From the NCBI GenBank assembly GCA_963814475.1, contig CAWFDA010000024.1, positions 5,685-69,684 on the forward strand: a DNA stretch of 64,000 nt. The letters are read 5' to 3'. The notes below the pieces were generated by a model that saw nothing but the letters and a program-made list of their open reading frames with translations, was not told the DNA's origin and made no database searches. Each line of letters starts with the position of its first letter. The first letter of the stretch is position 1. The stretch is from an uncultured Bacteroidota bacterium (GTDB lineage Bacteria; Bacteroidota; Bacteroidia; AKYH767-A; OLB10). The position numbers and the translations under genes are program-made. Of this stretch, positions 19,235 to 28,905 are shown one piece after another.

Positions 19235-19377
19235 CAACGATACGCTATCAAGGTATTGCCAAAATGGGGTTTGATGGAAGTATATCAACGGATGAGCTTC
19301 TATCAGCTTTTGTGTTATTTTTGTACTGGCAGTTTTCAAATGCCCCCACTTCGTCAATACCCAAACAGTTGGGGCAC
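19235..19377 (+). other. attC-like site 8 (putative, poorly resolved)
   Basis: Ends cccaaacaGTTGGGGCAC, the same layout as the other sites. I could not trace the internal pairing convincingly. Confidence 0.3.
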
Positions 19378-19476
19378 ATGCTGAAACACGGCAGCTATAC
19401 CTCAATTGACAAAATTAAGCAGGAGTAACATTACAGAAACTAAAATCGAACTTGTTCAATTTAAAAAGTTAATGAA

Positions 19477-20184
19477 ATGAAAACAAAGCAACAAGCGAAT
19501 GAAATGGAGAATCTTCTAACCCCTCCCTTCAAACAGAGATTTATTCGGCTTGCCCAAAGCGTCATCGCGGTCCAGATATTATTTACCATTGGATGGATCA
19601 CTGCTGGGTTATTACAGGGGGACGGATATTCCATTGCGCACCATGATATCAGTGACATGGGTGCAAAGACAGCGCCTAACCCATGGATGTATATGTTACC
19701 CACGGGCATAACCGGTATCGTGACAATTTGGTTTAGCATCGGAGCATTGCGACCTGTTCTAAAAATCTCAGGTATTCGAAGACCGATTGGTGCCTGGTTC
19801 CTCGCTCTCTCGCTTATGGGACTCGACAATTTCAGCGATATGTTCTTCCAACTCGATTGCCGTGCAATTGACCCCGGATGTACACAAGAAGTTGCGGCTG
19901 CATCTGTACAAGGTAAACTCCATATTATTGTGGCCTTGGTAAGTGTGTTGTTTACAGTGATAGCACCCTTTGTGTTATCCAGACATATGCGTAATCTTGA
20001 TGGCTGGAAAGATCTCAAATCGAAAACGATCATTTTTGGAATATTCTTCTTGGTGGCTTTGATTGGTTACATAATTACGGACGGAAGCTATGGCCATGGA
20101 TACATTCAACGAATCATGTGTCTGATGCTCTCGTTTGGAATAATCGTGCTAGCACTCAGGGTAAATAAGATTGCGTCTTCGTAA
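19477..20184 (+). CDS. DUF998-like polytopic membrane protein
   Basis: Six predicted TM segments and an HHDISDMG motif. GC content is visibly higher than in neighbouring genes. Confidence 0.5.
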   Translation: MKTKQQANEMENLLTPPFKQRFIRLAQSVIAVQILFTIGWITAGLLQGDGYSIAHHDISDMGAKTAPNPWMYMLPTGITGIVTIWFSIGALRPVLKISGIRRPIGAWFLALSLMGLDNFSDMFFQLDCRAIDPGCTQEVAAASVQGKLHIIVALVSVLFTVIAPFVLSRHMRNLDGWKDLKSKTIIFGIFFLVALIGYIITDGSYGHGYIQRIMCLMLSFGIIVLALRVNKIASS

Positions 20185-20263
20185 TTCGGTAAACCTGACC
20201 AGACTCTTATGAAAACCTATGACTAGGTTAGGAAATTAGAAACAAAACAAAAGAAGGCACGAT

Positions 20264-20292
20264 GCCCCAACACGGGTTTTGCGTTAGTGGGC
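20264..20292 (+). other. terminal R''/R' box pair (GCCCCAAC ... GTTAGTGGGC), apparent right end of the array
   Basis: GCCCCAAC (20264-20271) is the exact reverse complement of GTTGGGGC (19368-19375). It is followed 11 nt later by GTTAGTGGGC. I saw no further GTTAG/GTTAT boxes downstream. Confidence 0.4.
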
Positions 20293-20386
20293 GGACAGTG
20301 TGAGTATTAGCATTTGAGCAATTAATAAACTTTGGCTTTTCATTAACAGACGGAGAAAAATTTATCGTATTTCAATAATTCATTTC

Positions 20387-20410
20387 TTAATATGATATCT
20401 ATCATATTAA
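20387..20410. promoter_or_regulatory. perfect 11-bp inverted repeat TTAATATGATA-TC-TATCATATTAA (candidate operator)
   Basis: Lies 40 nt upstream of the cytochrome/VIT1 operon start. Followed by the tandem repeat TATCGA-aa-TATCGA. Confidence 0.5.
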
Positions 20411-20449
20411 TATCGAAATATCGATACGACCTTTGTTCATAAATTTATT

Positions 20450-20938
20450 ATGAACCAAACACATATTCACCTACTCATTACGCACCTCCCGATTTTTGGT
20501 TCCATATTAGGTGCATTCGTACTCGCTCACGGATTATGGACATGTAGCTACCAAACAAAAATTGCAGCTTATAATCTTTTTATCCTATCTGCCATTGGAG
20601 CAGGTATAGCCTATTTTACCGGAGAAGGTGCAGAAGAAAGTGTTGAAAATTTGCCGGGGGTGGTAGAAGCCACTATCAAAACACACGAAGAATTTGCACT
20701 ATTTGCTTTAATTTCATTAATCATTTTAGGAGTTGCTTCCATCATAGGGCTTTTGCTTACTGTCAGAAAATCTTCTTTGACAAGAACTACAGCATTTGTT
20801 ATTTTATTTATTTCACTAGTCAGCTTTGGGCTTATTGCCAGAACTGGTTATTTAGGCGGACAAATAAGACATACTGAAATCAATTCTGGTTCCAGTGTCA
20901 ATGCATTAGAGAATGAAAAAGAAGGTGATAAAGACTAA
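20450..20938 (+). CDS. 4-TM membrane protein (DUF2231-like), function unknown
   Basis: Hydrophobic profile with conserved-looking His residues (HIHLLITHLP, RHTE). First gene of a tightly packed operon. Confidence 0.45.
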   Translation: MNQTHIHLLITHLPIFGSILGAFVLAHGLWTCSYQTKIAAYNLFILSAIGAGIAYFTGEGAEESVENLPGVVEATIKTHEEFALFALISLIILGVASIIGLLLTVRKSSLTRTTAFVILFISLVSFGLIARTGYLGGQIRHTEINSGSSVNALENEKEGDKD

Positions 20939-20947
20939 ATAAAAAGT

Positions 20948-21517
20948 ATGAAATTTCCCATTTTTATAAGGCAGGTTTTGCCATTTCTGTTTTTATATTC
21001 GTTGATGATTTTTATTACCATTATCATTGATTTTATTCTTCATAATTATCACTTAGTTTTTATAGGTCGGTATCTTGGCTCAATTGGCACTTGTATTATT
21101 CTTATTTCGTTTGTTTACTCATTAAGGAAACGAAAAATAATACAGACAGGGTCTCCAAAGGAACTCTTAAAAATGCATGAATATCTTGCATGGATAGGTT
21201 CGGTATTAATTCTAGTTCATGCAGGCATTCATTTCAATGCCTTGCTACCTTGGCTTGCAATTTTTATGTTGTTGATTAATGTAGCAAGTGGGTTGGTTGG
21301 TAAATTTCTGCTAAAAAATGCAAGTATGTCATTGAGTGCAAGCCGACAAGAATTAATCGCATCAGGAATGACTTTAGAAGAGGCCGATAAGAAACTATTT
21401 TTTGACACTATAACAGTTGACGTAATGAAAAAATGGAGAGTAGTTCACTTGCCAATTGCGTTTACGCTGGGTATTCTGTCATTGCTGCATATCATCACCA
21501 TTTTAATATTTAACTGA
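20948..21517 (+). CDS. polytopic membrane protein with paired His motifs (possible b-type haem or ferric-reductase-like)
   Basis: Contains the TM-embedded motifs MHEYLAWIG and LVHAGIHF. Only a 9-nt gap to the upstream gene, and its stop overlaps the next start (ATGA). Confidence 0.4.
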   Translation: MKFPIFIRQVLPFLFLYSLMIFITIIIDFILHNYHLVFIGRYLGSIGTCIILISFVYSLRKRKIIQTGSPKELLKMHEYLAWIGSVLILVHAGIHFNALLPWLAIFMLLINVASGLVGKFLLKNASMSLSASRQELIASGMTLEEADKKLFFDTITVDVMKKWRVVHLPIAFTLGILSLLHIITILIFN

Positions 21518-22404
21518 TGAAAAAGCTGTTTATTCTCCTTTCTGTCGGGCTTGTTATTTTTCTAATCAATCAATTTCCTCATGTAATGATTAATCCCGGT
21601 GAATTGTCAAAAGTACATCAAAAACTAAATAACGAATGTCTTGCATGCCATAAACCATTTGGAGGTATTGAAAACGAAAAATGTATCTCCTGCCACAAAC
21701 CAGCAGACATTGGAAAGGCAGAAGGTGGGAAACAGAACAAAGTATTATTTCATCAACACCTTTCCGGTCAGGAATGCAGTTCCTGCCATGCCGAACATCA
21801 GGGAATAGTTCCTGAACATTCTTTGAGCAGTTTTAAACATGATTTGCTCTCAGCCTCTGTCATTAACAATTGCAATAGTTGTCATAATAAACCTGCTGAT
21901 ACTTTACATACACAAGTTCCTGCAAATTGTAATAGTTGCCATCAAACCCAAAGCTGGAAAAGTTCAATTTCATTTAATCACGAAATACTTTTAAATAAAA
22001 ATAACTGCGCTTCCTGTCATCAAAAACCTAAAGATAATTTTCATGAATTATTGAATGAAAATTGCGATAAATGTCATGGCACAAGTAAGTGGGTGCCATC
22101 CACTTTCGACCATTCTGCTTATTTTACATTAGACCAAAATCATAATGCAACTTGTACTACTTGCCATACCAATAACAATTACAGTTCCTTCACCTGCTAT
22201 GGTTGCCACGAACACTCAGAAAGTAAAATTATCGCTGAACACAACGAGGAAGGGATATACAATATAACTAACTGTGCATCGTGCCACAAAAGCGGCAACG
22301 AGCATGACATAGAAAATAACAATAAAGGAGTAAATGAGAATGAAAGAAATAAAATAAAAGATTTTATTAAGTCCAAAGAGAGCAAAGATAAGGAGGATGA
22401 TTAA
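21517..22404 (+). CDS. membrane-anchored decahaem c-type cytochrome
   Basis: N-terminal TM helix followed by ten CxxCH motifs: CLACH, CISCH, CSSCH, CNSCH, CNSCH, CASCH, CDKCH, CTTCH, CYGCH, CASCH. Confidence 0.85.
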   Translation: MKKLFILLSVGLVIFLINQFPHVMINPGELSKVHQKLNNECLACHKPFGGIENEKCISCHKPADIGKAEGGKQNKVLFHQHLSGQECSSCHAEHQGIVPEHSLSSFKHDLLSASVINNCNSCHNKPADTLHTQVPANCNSCHQTQSWKSSISFNHEILLNKNNCASCHQKPKDNFHELLNENCDKCHGTSKWVPSTFDHSAYFTLDQNHNATCTTCHTNNNYSSFTCYGCHEHSESKIIAEHNEEGIYNITNCASCHKSGNEHDIENNNKGVNENERNKIKDFIKSKESKDKEDD

Positions 22405-23134
22405 CAATATTCAAACAGACAAGAAACGGAAAATGATAACAATTGAAAACTACCTCGACAATCATTACATACACCGTAGTAATTGGTTAAGAGCAGCTGT
22501 ATTGGGAGCAAACGATGGAATAATTTCCATTTCCAGTCTTGCAATAGGTATTTCTGCAGCAAGCTCAACACGGGAACCAATCATTTTAGCTACGGTTGCA
22601 GGCCTTGTTGCCGGAGCTTTATCAATGGCTGCTGGTGAATATGTTTCAGTAAGTTCACAAACAGACACAGAAAAAGCAGATATTGAAAGAGAAATAAATG
22701 AGCTCAAAGATATGCCGGAAGAAGAGTTGAAAATATTAGCTCAAATCTATGAAAAGAGAGGACTCAAAAAAGAAACAGCCATGCAGGTAGCCATTGAATT
22801 GACCGAGAAAGATGCCTTGGGAACACACATCAGAGATGAATTGGGGATAAATGAGATTAGTCAGGCTAACCCTATTCAAGCAGCATTAGCGTCAGGAGCT
22901 TCATTTACAGTTGGCGGAGTATTACCTCTTTTGGTTGTACTTTTTCTTCCTTTCAAAGGGATGGAATATTGGTTATATGGCTTCACCATCATCTTTCTCT
23001 TTATTTTAGGAACTATGGCTGCAAAAACAGGAGGCTCGAGTATAAAAAAAGCCATTTTACGCATTACTATTTGGGGCACAATTGCAATGGGTTTATCTGC
23101 ACTTGTGGGCTATATTTTTGGTGTTAGGGTTTAG
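22397..23134 (+). CDS. VIT1/CCC1-family iron/manganese transporter
   Basis: Motifs LRAAVLGANDGIIS and MAAGEYVSVSSQTDTE, followed by a C-terminal TM bundle. The start may be the ATG at 22433. Confidence 0.8.
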   Translation: MINNIQTDKKRKMITIENYLDNHYIHRSNWLRAAVLGANDGIISISSLAIGISAASSTREPIILATVAGLVAGALSMAAGEYVSVSSQTDTEKADIEREINELKDMPEEELKILAQIYEKRGLKKETAMQVAIELTEKDALGTHIRDELGINEISQANPIQAALASGASFTVGGVLPLLVVLFLPFKGMEYWLYGFTIIFLFILGTMAAKTGGSSIKKAILRITIWGTIAMGLSALVGYIFGVRV

Positions 23135-23165
23135 GATTAAGGTCAATTTGCAAATTCAGTGTAAA

Positions 23166-23855
23166 TCAGCATCCGCCTTTACTTACAATAAATTCAAATT
23201 CCTGATTCACATTTATTCCATTTGAATCAACAGCAGGATGCCATTGAGGCATGTTTTTGATTGTATTTAACAATAAAGCATCAGTTATAGAATCTCCGGT
23301 GGATTTTGTTAAGGTTGCTCCAATTATGGCACCTTTTTTATCGACTATAAAAGTAACAACTCCATCTACAATATATTCTGCTATAAAATTTGAAATTTTA
23401 GAAACGGCATTTGATTTTAAATAGGTTCTCATCGGTATAGTTCCTCCTTTAAACTCCGCTTCCTTTTCAGGAACCACAGTCATTGAAAAATCCATTACTC
23501 TTAATTCCAATTTTTCGGTAATTGCATTTATAGTGGTATAATTGACTTTTATTTCAAGTAGTGTAAACAGTTCAGCAGAATTTAAAAGAGCTCTCTGATC
23601 AGCTGTTAATTCCTCTGATTTACCGGATGCTTTTTTTGTTACACCTTTCGTGGTTACAATTACATCAACCGATTCATAATTATTTATCCAGGATGTTGGA
23701 TAACCGAAGATAATTTCACGCAGTAGTTGAGCAGATACAAGTTTCTCCTTCTGAATTTTATGTTCGTACTTTCCACGTACATCAAAATAAAGTTCTTGTG
23801 AAAATAGTGAAGTGTTTGAAATGAACAACATAAAAATTAAAATACATGTTTTCAT
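23166..23855 (-). CDS. secreted protein with TonB-C-like C-terminal domain
   Basis: Signal peptide present. The EAEFKGGTIPMRTYLKSN motif matches the start of Bacteroidota TonB_C-type domains. Confidence 0.45.
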   Translation of the reverse strand: MKTCILIFMLFISNTSLFSQELYFDVRGKYEHKIQKEKLVSAQLLREIIFGYPTSWINNYESVDVIVTTKGVTKKASGKSEELTADQRALLNSAELFTLLEIKVNYTTINAITEKLELRVMDFSMTVVPEKEAEFKGGTIPMRTYLKSNAVSKISNFIAEYIVDGVVTFIVDKKGAIIGATLTKSTGDSITDALLLNTIKNMPQWHPAVDSNGINVNQEFEFIVSKGGC

Positions 23856-24019
23856 GGGATATAATTTTTTTAGTGAGAAATAACTATTAATTCAATAACT
23901 AATTCCACAAAGATATATTAAGAATCACGGTATTGTTGTTATTGAGTAGTTATTAGGTTGTTAATGACCTGTTAATATAGTCATTACACAACAAATATTA
24001 CTTATTTTTGTCAAACCAA

Positions 24020-25273
24020 ATGAAATTCAACCGAAATCACTTATTTATAACAATTTCATCAATAGCATTAATTGCTATATTGATAATTCAGATTAATTGG
24101 CTTCTTCAAACGGCACAAATCAAGGCGGAATTATTCAATGAAAAGGCCAATATGGTACTTTCAAGGACCATAGAAAGCTTAAATACCAACGTGGTTGCCT
24201 GTAAAAATATAGCAGATTCGGCAGTTGGAGATAGTTCATCAGCTTTAGTAACCAACTTGCGCAAAGAGGAAATCCAGATCATAGATTCGCTATTCAATTA
24301 CTATTTGCGCTTTTACAATTTTCATGTTGATTACAAATTTGAAGTCACAAAGCGTCCATCCAATTCAGAACAATATGGAAGCGGCTTTACAAATAATTCG
24401 TATATAAAAACACTCAATGAAAATTTTAAAAATAATGGAGTAGAGTTGAAACTAATTCTTCCTGAAAAAAAACAATTCATCATTGCGGAATTGGGAATAA
24501 TGTTTATTACTTCAATTCTTTTAATTCTTGTTGTACTTTTTCTTTTTTGGCAAACAATTTTATCCTTAATTAGAGAAAAACAAGTTTCGGAACAAACCAA
24601 TGAATTTTTAAATAACATGACTCATGAGTTTAAAACGCCATTGACTAATATTTCGCTAGCCGGAAAGATGATAATCAAAGATCAAACTATTGGTGATGAA
24701 GATAAAGTTAAAAATTACACATCTATTATTCTGGACGAGAATGAAAAATTAATTCATCAGGTTGACCAAGTTTTAAGCATGACTGCTTTGGAAAGAAATG
24801 AAATTCCTTTAAATAAAAAACAACTTAATATTCATGAGTTAATAGAACAAGTATCCAAAAATATTAAAATTCAAATTGAATTCAATGATGGCAGATTGAC
24901 TTTAAATTTATACGCAGAGAAAGTACTTGTTAATGGCGATCCTTTTCATTTAAAAAATGCTATTAGTAATCTTATTGATAATGCTATAAAATACTCCATC
25001 AACAAACCGGATATTACTATTCAAACTTCAAATTACGATCAAATGATACTTATAGAAGTGGTTGATAAGGGAATAGGAATTGAAAAAGAGTTTCATAAAG
25101 CTATATTTGTTAAATATTTTCGAATTCCAACCGGAGATGTGCATTCTGTTAAAGGATTTGGTTTAGGACTTCCGTATGTGATGAAAATTGTAGAACTTCA
25201 CAAAGGCATTTTACTGGTGAATAGCGAAAAAGGTAAAGGATCCTCATTTATAATAAAATTGCCTTATGAATAA
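24020..25273 (+). CDS. sensor histidine kinase
   Basis: Two TM segments, H-box MTHEFKTPLTNI, N box NLIDNAIKY, G boxes DKGIGI and GFGLGL. Confidence 0.9.
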   Translation: MKFNRNHLFITISSIALIAILIIQINWLLQTAQIKAELFNEKANMVLSRTIESLNTNVVACKNIADSAVGDSSSALVTNLRKEEIQIIDSLFNYYLRFYNFHVDYKFEVTKRPSNSEQYGSGFTNNSYIKTLNENFKNNGVELKLILPEKKQFIIAELGIMFITSILLILVVLFLFWQTILSLIREKQVSEQTNEFLNNMTHEFKTPLTNISLAGKMIIKDQTIGDEDKVKNYTSIILDENEKLIHQVDQVLSMTALERNEIPLNKKQLNIHELIEQVSKNIKIQIEFNDGRLTLNLYAEKVLVNGDPFHLKNAISNLIDNAIKYSINKPDITIQTSNYDQMILIEVVDKGIGIEKEFHKAIFVKYFRIPTGDVHSVKGFGLGLPYVMKIVELHKGILLVNSEKGKGSSFIIKLPYE

Positions 25274-25967
25274 CAAATATTTTAAAATTCTACTAGCGGA
25301 AGATGATCTCAATTTAGGTCTTCTACTTGTTGATTTTTTGGAAATGGAAGGTTTTGATGTGAAGCTTTGTAAAGACGGAGAAATTGCCTTAAAAACATTC
25401 AAAAATAGTATGTGGGATCTTTGTCTGCTTGATGTAATGATGCCATCTCTCGACGGATTCTCTTTGGCACAATCAATACGTGAACTCAATACAACCGTTC
25501 CTATAATTTTTATTACTGCCAAATCATTAAAAGAAGACAAGTTAAAAGGATACAATCTAGGTGCAGATGATTACATAACGAAACCGTTTGATGCGGAAGA
25601 GCTGTTGTGGAAAATAAAGGCACTAATTAGAAGAATTCCCGCCAGCAAAATTGTTACTAATTCTGAATTACTTCAGATTGGCAAGTACATTTTCGATTAC
25701 ACAAATCAATCACTCACTTTTGAAGGTAACATCAAAAGAATTACAGAAAAGGAAAGTGGAATATTAAATTATTTGATTTGCCATCGCAACTGCGTAATAA
25801 AACGCGAAGATCTATTGAAAGTTGTATGGGGAGAAAGTGATTATTTTGCAGGAAGAAGTTTAGATGTTTTCATAACCAAAATCAGAAAATATCTCAAAGA
25901 TGATCCTTCTTTGAATATTGAAAATGTTTTTAGTGTAGGATTTATTTTTAATGTTCCGGAAATATAA
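25266..25967 (+). CDS. OmpR-family response regulator
   Basis: Receiver domain (LLAEDD, DLCLLDVMMP, KSLKEDK) plus a winged-helix C-terminus. Overlaps the kinase gene by 8 nt. Confidence 0.9.
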   Translation: MNNKYFKILLAEDDLNLGLLLVDFLEMEGFDVKLCKDGEIALKTFKNSMWDLCLLDVMMPSLDGFSLAQSIRELNTTVPIIFITAKSLKEDKLKGYNLGADDYITKPFDAEELLWKIKALIRRIPASKIVTNSELLQIGKYIFDYTNQSLTFEGNIKRITEKESGILNYLICHRNCVIKREDLLKVVWGESDYFAGRSLDVFITKIRKYLKDDPSLNIENVFSVGFIFNVPEI

Positions 25968-26129
25968 ATCAACGCCTATAAATTGTTGAAAATGGGTTGG
26001 TGTAATGTCAGAAAATTCATTTTATTGGATATTAAGTAAAATATTCAATTTAAAGGTTTGAATACTATTTTTAAAAGCCCAAATAGATAGATAAGTTGCC
26101 CGATCAAACAAGAATCTTTACATACATAT

Positions 26130-26699
26130 TTAAACCTTCAACCAACCTCTAAATGCTCGACCTGCATAATACGACTCGGCACCATTGTGATACACAAAGA
26201 TTTTATTAAATCTCCGATCACAAAAAAGGGCGCCACCTAATTCTCGTACTTCATCAGGAGTTTTTACCCAGCTGGAAGTTTTGGTATCGAAAGCCCCGAG
26301 TTCCTGCAATTCGCGATATTGTGTTTCAGTTAAAAGCTGAATCCCCATTTCACTTGCCATTCCTTCAGCACTGTTTTTCGGTTTATGTTCCTTTCTCGAT
26401 TCCAAAGCATCAGTATCGTAACAAATACTTCTGCGATCCTTAGGACTTTCTGGTGAACAATCGTAAAATAGATATTCATTTGTTTTTTTATCATAGCCCA
26501 CAACATCCGGTTCACCACTAGTTCTTTCCATTTCAAAGAGCGACCATAACTTGTCGGAGTTTTTCTCCAACTTTGTTTGCACTTTTGACCATACTATCCC
26601 ATTGTGCCGATTCATGTTATTATCAAAGCGGTCTTTAAGAATGAAGATAAGTTCATCTTGCTGTTTTTGGGATAAGTCTTTTTTAGTTTTCTTAGCCAT
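26130..26699 (-). CDS. DUF4256-like protein
   Basis: Pattern recognised from MAKKTKKDLSQKQQDELIFILKDRF through to the end. The upstream part of ORF 26130..26783 is probably not translated. Confidence 0.45.
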   Translation of the reverse strand: MAKKTKKDLSQKQQDELIFILKDRFDNNMNRHNGIVWSKVQTKLEKNSDKLWSLFEMERTSGEPDVVGYDKKTNEYLFYDCSPESPKDRRSICYDTDALESRKEHKPKNSAEGMASEMGIQLLTETQYRELQELGAFDTKTSSWVKTPDEVRELGGALFCDRRFNKIFVYHNGAESYYAGRAFRGWLKV

Positions 26700-27169
26700 A
26701 AAAAAATATTTTATTGTATTGATTGATTCATGTTGAGTTTCAATAACACAAATATATGAAGTAATTTCAACAAACAAATACAATTTCTGAGTATTTAATG
26801 TTACGCTTTTACGGCCACGAAAATAATTTATTTTCTAGAAAATTTAATGAAACTCATCAATAGCCATTAAACAGAACTTTCCAATTATGATTTGATAAAA
26901 ACATAAATTATACTATAAAATTACAACTTTCGGATGCTGATTTTAAAGAGTTTTACAAATCTCAACATATTATATATGAAGAGGCTTCCCAATTGCAGAC
27001 AAATTCTTAAACCTTGATTATCAACCTCTTTTGCACCAATTATTTTATTGCAAATTAACAAGAGAATTGTATCTTTACATTTTTCATTTGGTTAAATTAA
27101 CTATTTGAATATCAAATCCAAATCATAATTAATTGGGCAGTGTTTTGGAGCCCCAATCTAATTCTTGCT

Positions 27170-28855
27170 ATGAACAAAATAATTTCACCGTTGCTATTAG
27201 CCAGTATTGCATTATTGGTAGTTACATTTCCTTTTCTTATTTCTAATACCAATGCTTTTGTATTTTATAAAGACAATCTGGATGGAGAACTAATTTATTT
27301 ACATATTTTAAAAATGAATGGTCTGTTGCTCAGTACTAATGGTGACACAATTGTACCAAATATGATGAATGGGCTTCCCCGGTTTTATATTCATTCTGAA
27401 TACAGCTTTATTAGGGTGTTATTTTTGCTACTTCCCTCTTTTTGGGCGTATGTTGTGAACAATTTTATAATCCGTTTAATTGGATTTATAGGTATGTATT
27501 TGTTCATGCGTGATTATTTTGTCCCGGAGAGAAATGAAAAAATAGCAGGAATTGTTGCCTCTTTATTTTGCATTGTTCCTTTGTTTTCTATGTATGGGTT
27601 GTGTGTAATGGGAATACCTTTGTTACTATGGTCTTTTCAAAAAATAATGTTAAAACAGCAGAAATTTTATCATTATTTCATCATTATACTGTTTCCATTT
27701 TATGCACATTTTGCTTTGATAGCACCTTTTATTACTGCACTAATATGTGTTTATGCTTTTTATAGGTGGTTTATCATGAAGCTATCTGTTCCAAAAAATT
27801 ACTTCATTGCAATTGCACTTCTTTGCTTATTTTTTGTACTAGCAAATTTTAATATCATCAGTTCTTATGTTGTCCCCAGTAATATTGTTGCCCATCGATC
27901 AGAATGGAATGTTGAACCTTATGCCTTAAAAACGGCATTTAAACAAATAATAAAAGTCATACTCACAGGCCATTACCATTCAGCGTCTTTTGCAGCCTTT
28001 CCCATATATTTATTCGGAATGGCAGTTATATATTCTGTTAGAAAAAATAGGAGGAAGGTTTTAAATCTTGCTATACCGTTTGTAGCCATCTTCCTCATTT
28101 CAGTTTTTGTTGCTCTATACCCCTACATTAAATATAGCCTTCGTAATGTATTGCATATCCTTACTACATTTCAGCTTACCCGTTTTTCATTCCTGATTCC
28201 TGTCATGTGGTTTTTACTTATTGGGTTTAGTTTGAAATATAGCAAATTTAATATTAAGTATTTTTATTTAACGATGGCCATTCAGGCAATAATAGTTTTA
28301 AATGCTAACAAAGAGATTAAAAACAATTATATACAACTCATTACAAAAGGACCCAATGAGTTTAACTTCGACAGTTATAAATCCATTTACTCTGTTCCAT
28401 TATTTAAAGAAATAGATCAATATATCGGTCTGCCAAAATCATCTTACCGAACTATAAGTTTAGGGATTGAGCCCAATGTTGCCCAATATAATGGGTTTTA
28501 TACACTCGATAGTTATCAGAATTATTATCCACTCGCCTATAAACACAGCTTTCGAAAAATTATCGCTAAGGAGTTGGATAAAAATAAATCGATAAAAACA
28601 AAATTTGATACCTGGGGGAACAAATGCTATTTATTTTCATCTGAATTGAGTGATTGTTGCATTGTTGATTGCAATAAGAAAACGAATTGCGAAGTCAATA
28701 ACCTTGAAATAAATGCGGATGCAGCCAAACAGTTAGGTGGGAAGTATATGTTTTCTGCTGTTCCTGTAAACAATTACAAGACCCTTGGAATTACTTTTCT
28801 TAAAAAATTCACACATCCTGAAGCCAGATTCGACATTTACTTGTATGAATTATGA
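27170..28855 (+). CDS. large polytopic membrane protein (YfhO/DUF6044-like, possible glycan-related)
   Basis: About 12 TM segments followed by a soluble C-terminal domain. The family call is tentative. Confidence 0.4.
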   Translation: MNKIISPLLLASIALLVVTFPFLISNTNAFVFYKDNLDGELIYLHILKMNGLLLSTNGDTIVPNMMNGLPRFYIHSEYSFIRVLFLLLPSFWAYVVNNFIIRLIGFIGMYLFMRDYFVPERNEKIAGIVASLFCIVPLFSMYGLCVMGIPLLLWSFQKIMLKQQKFYHYFIIILFPFYAHFALIAPFITALICVYAFYRWFIMKLSVPKNYFIAIALLCLFFVLANFNIISSYVVPSNIVAHRSEWNVEPYALKTAFKQIIKVILTGHYHSASFAAFPIYLFGMAVIYSVRKNRRKVLNLAIPFVAIFLISVFVALYPYIKYSLRNVLHILTTFQLTRFSFLIPVMWFLLIGFSLKYSKFNIKYFYLTMAIQAIIVLNANKEIKNNYIQLITKGPNEFNFDSYKSIYSVPLFKEIDQYIGLPKSSYRTISLGIEPNVAQYNGFYTLDSYQNYYPLAYKHSFRKIIAKELDKNKSIKTKFDTWGNKCYLFSSELSDCCIVDCNKKTNCEVNNLEINADAAKQLGGKYMFSAVPVNNYKTLGITFLKKFTHPEARFDIYLYEL

Positions 28856-28905
28856 GAATTTTTGTTACCCATAAATAATTAATATGGCACTAATTCAAAT
28901 TAATA

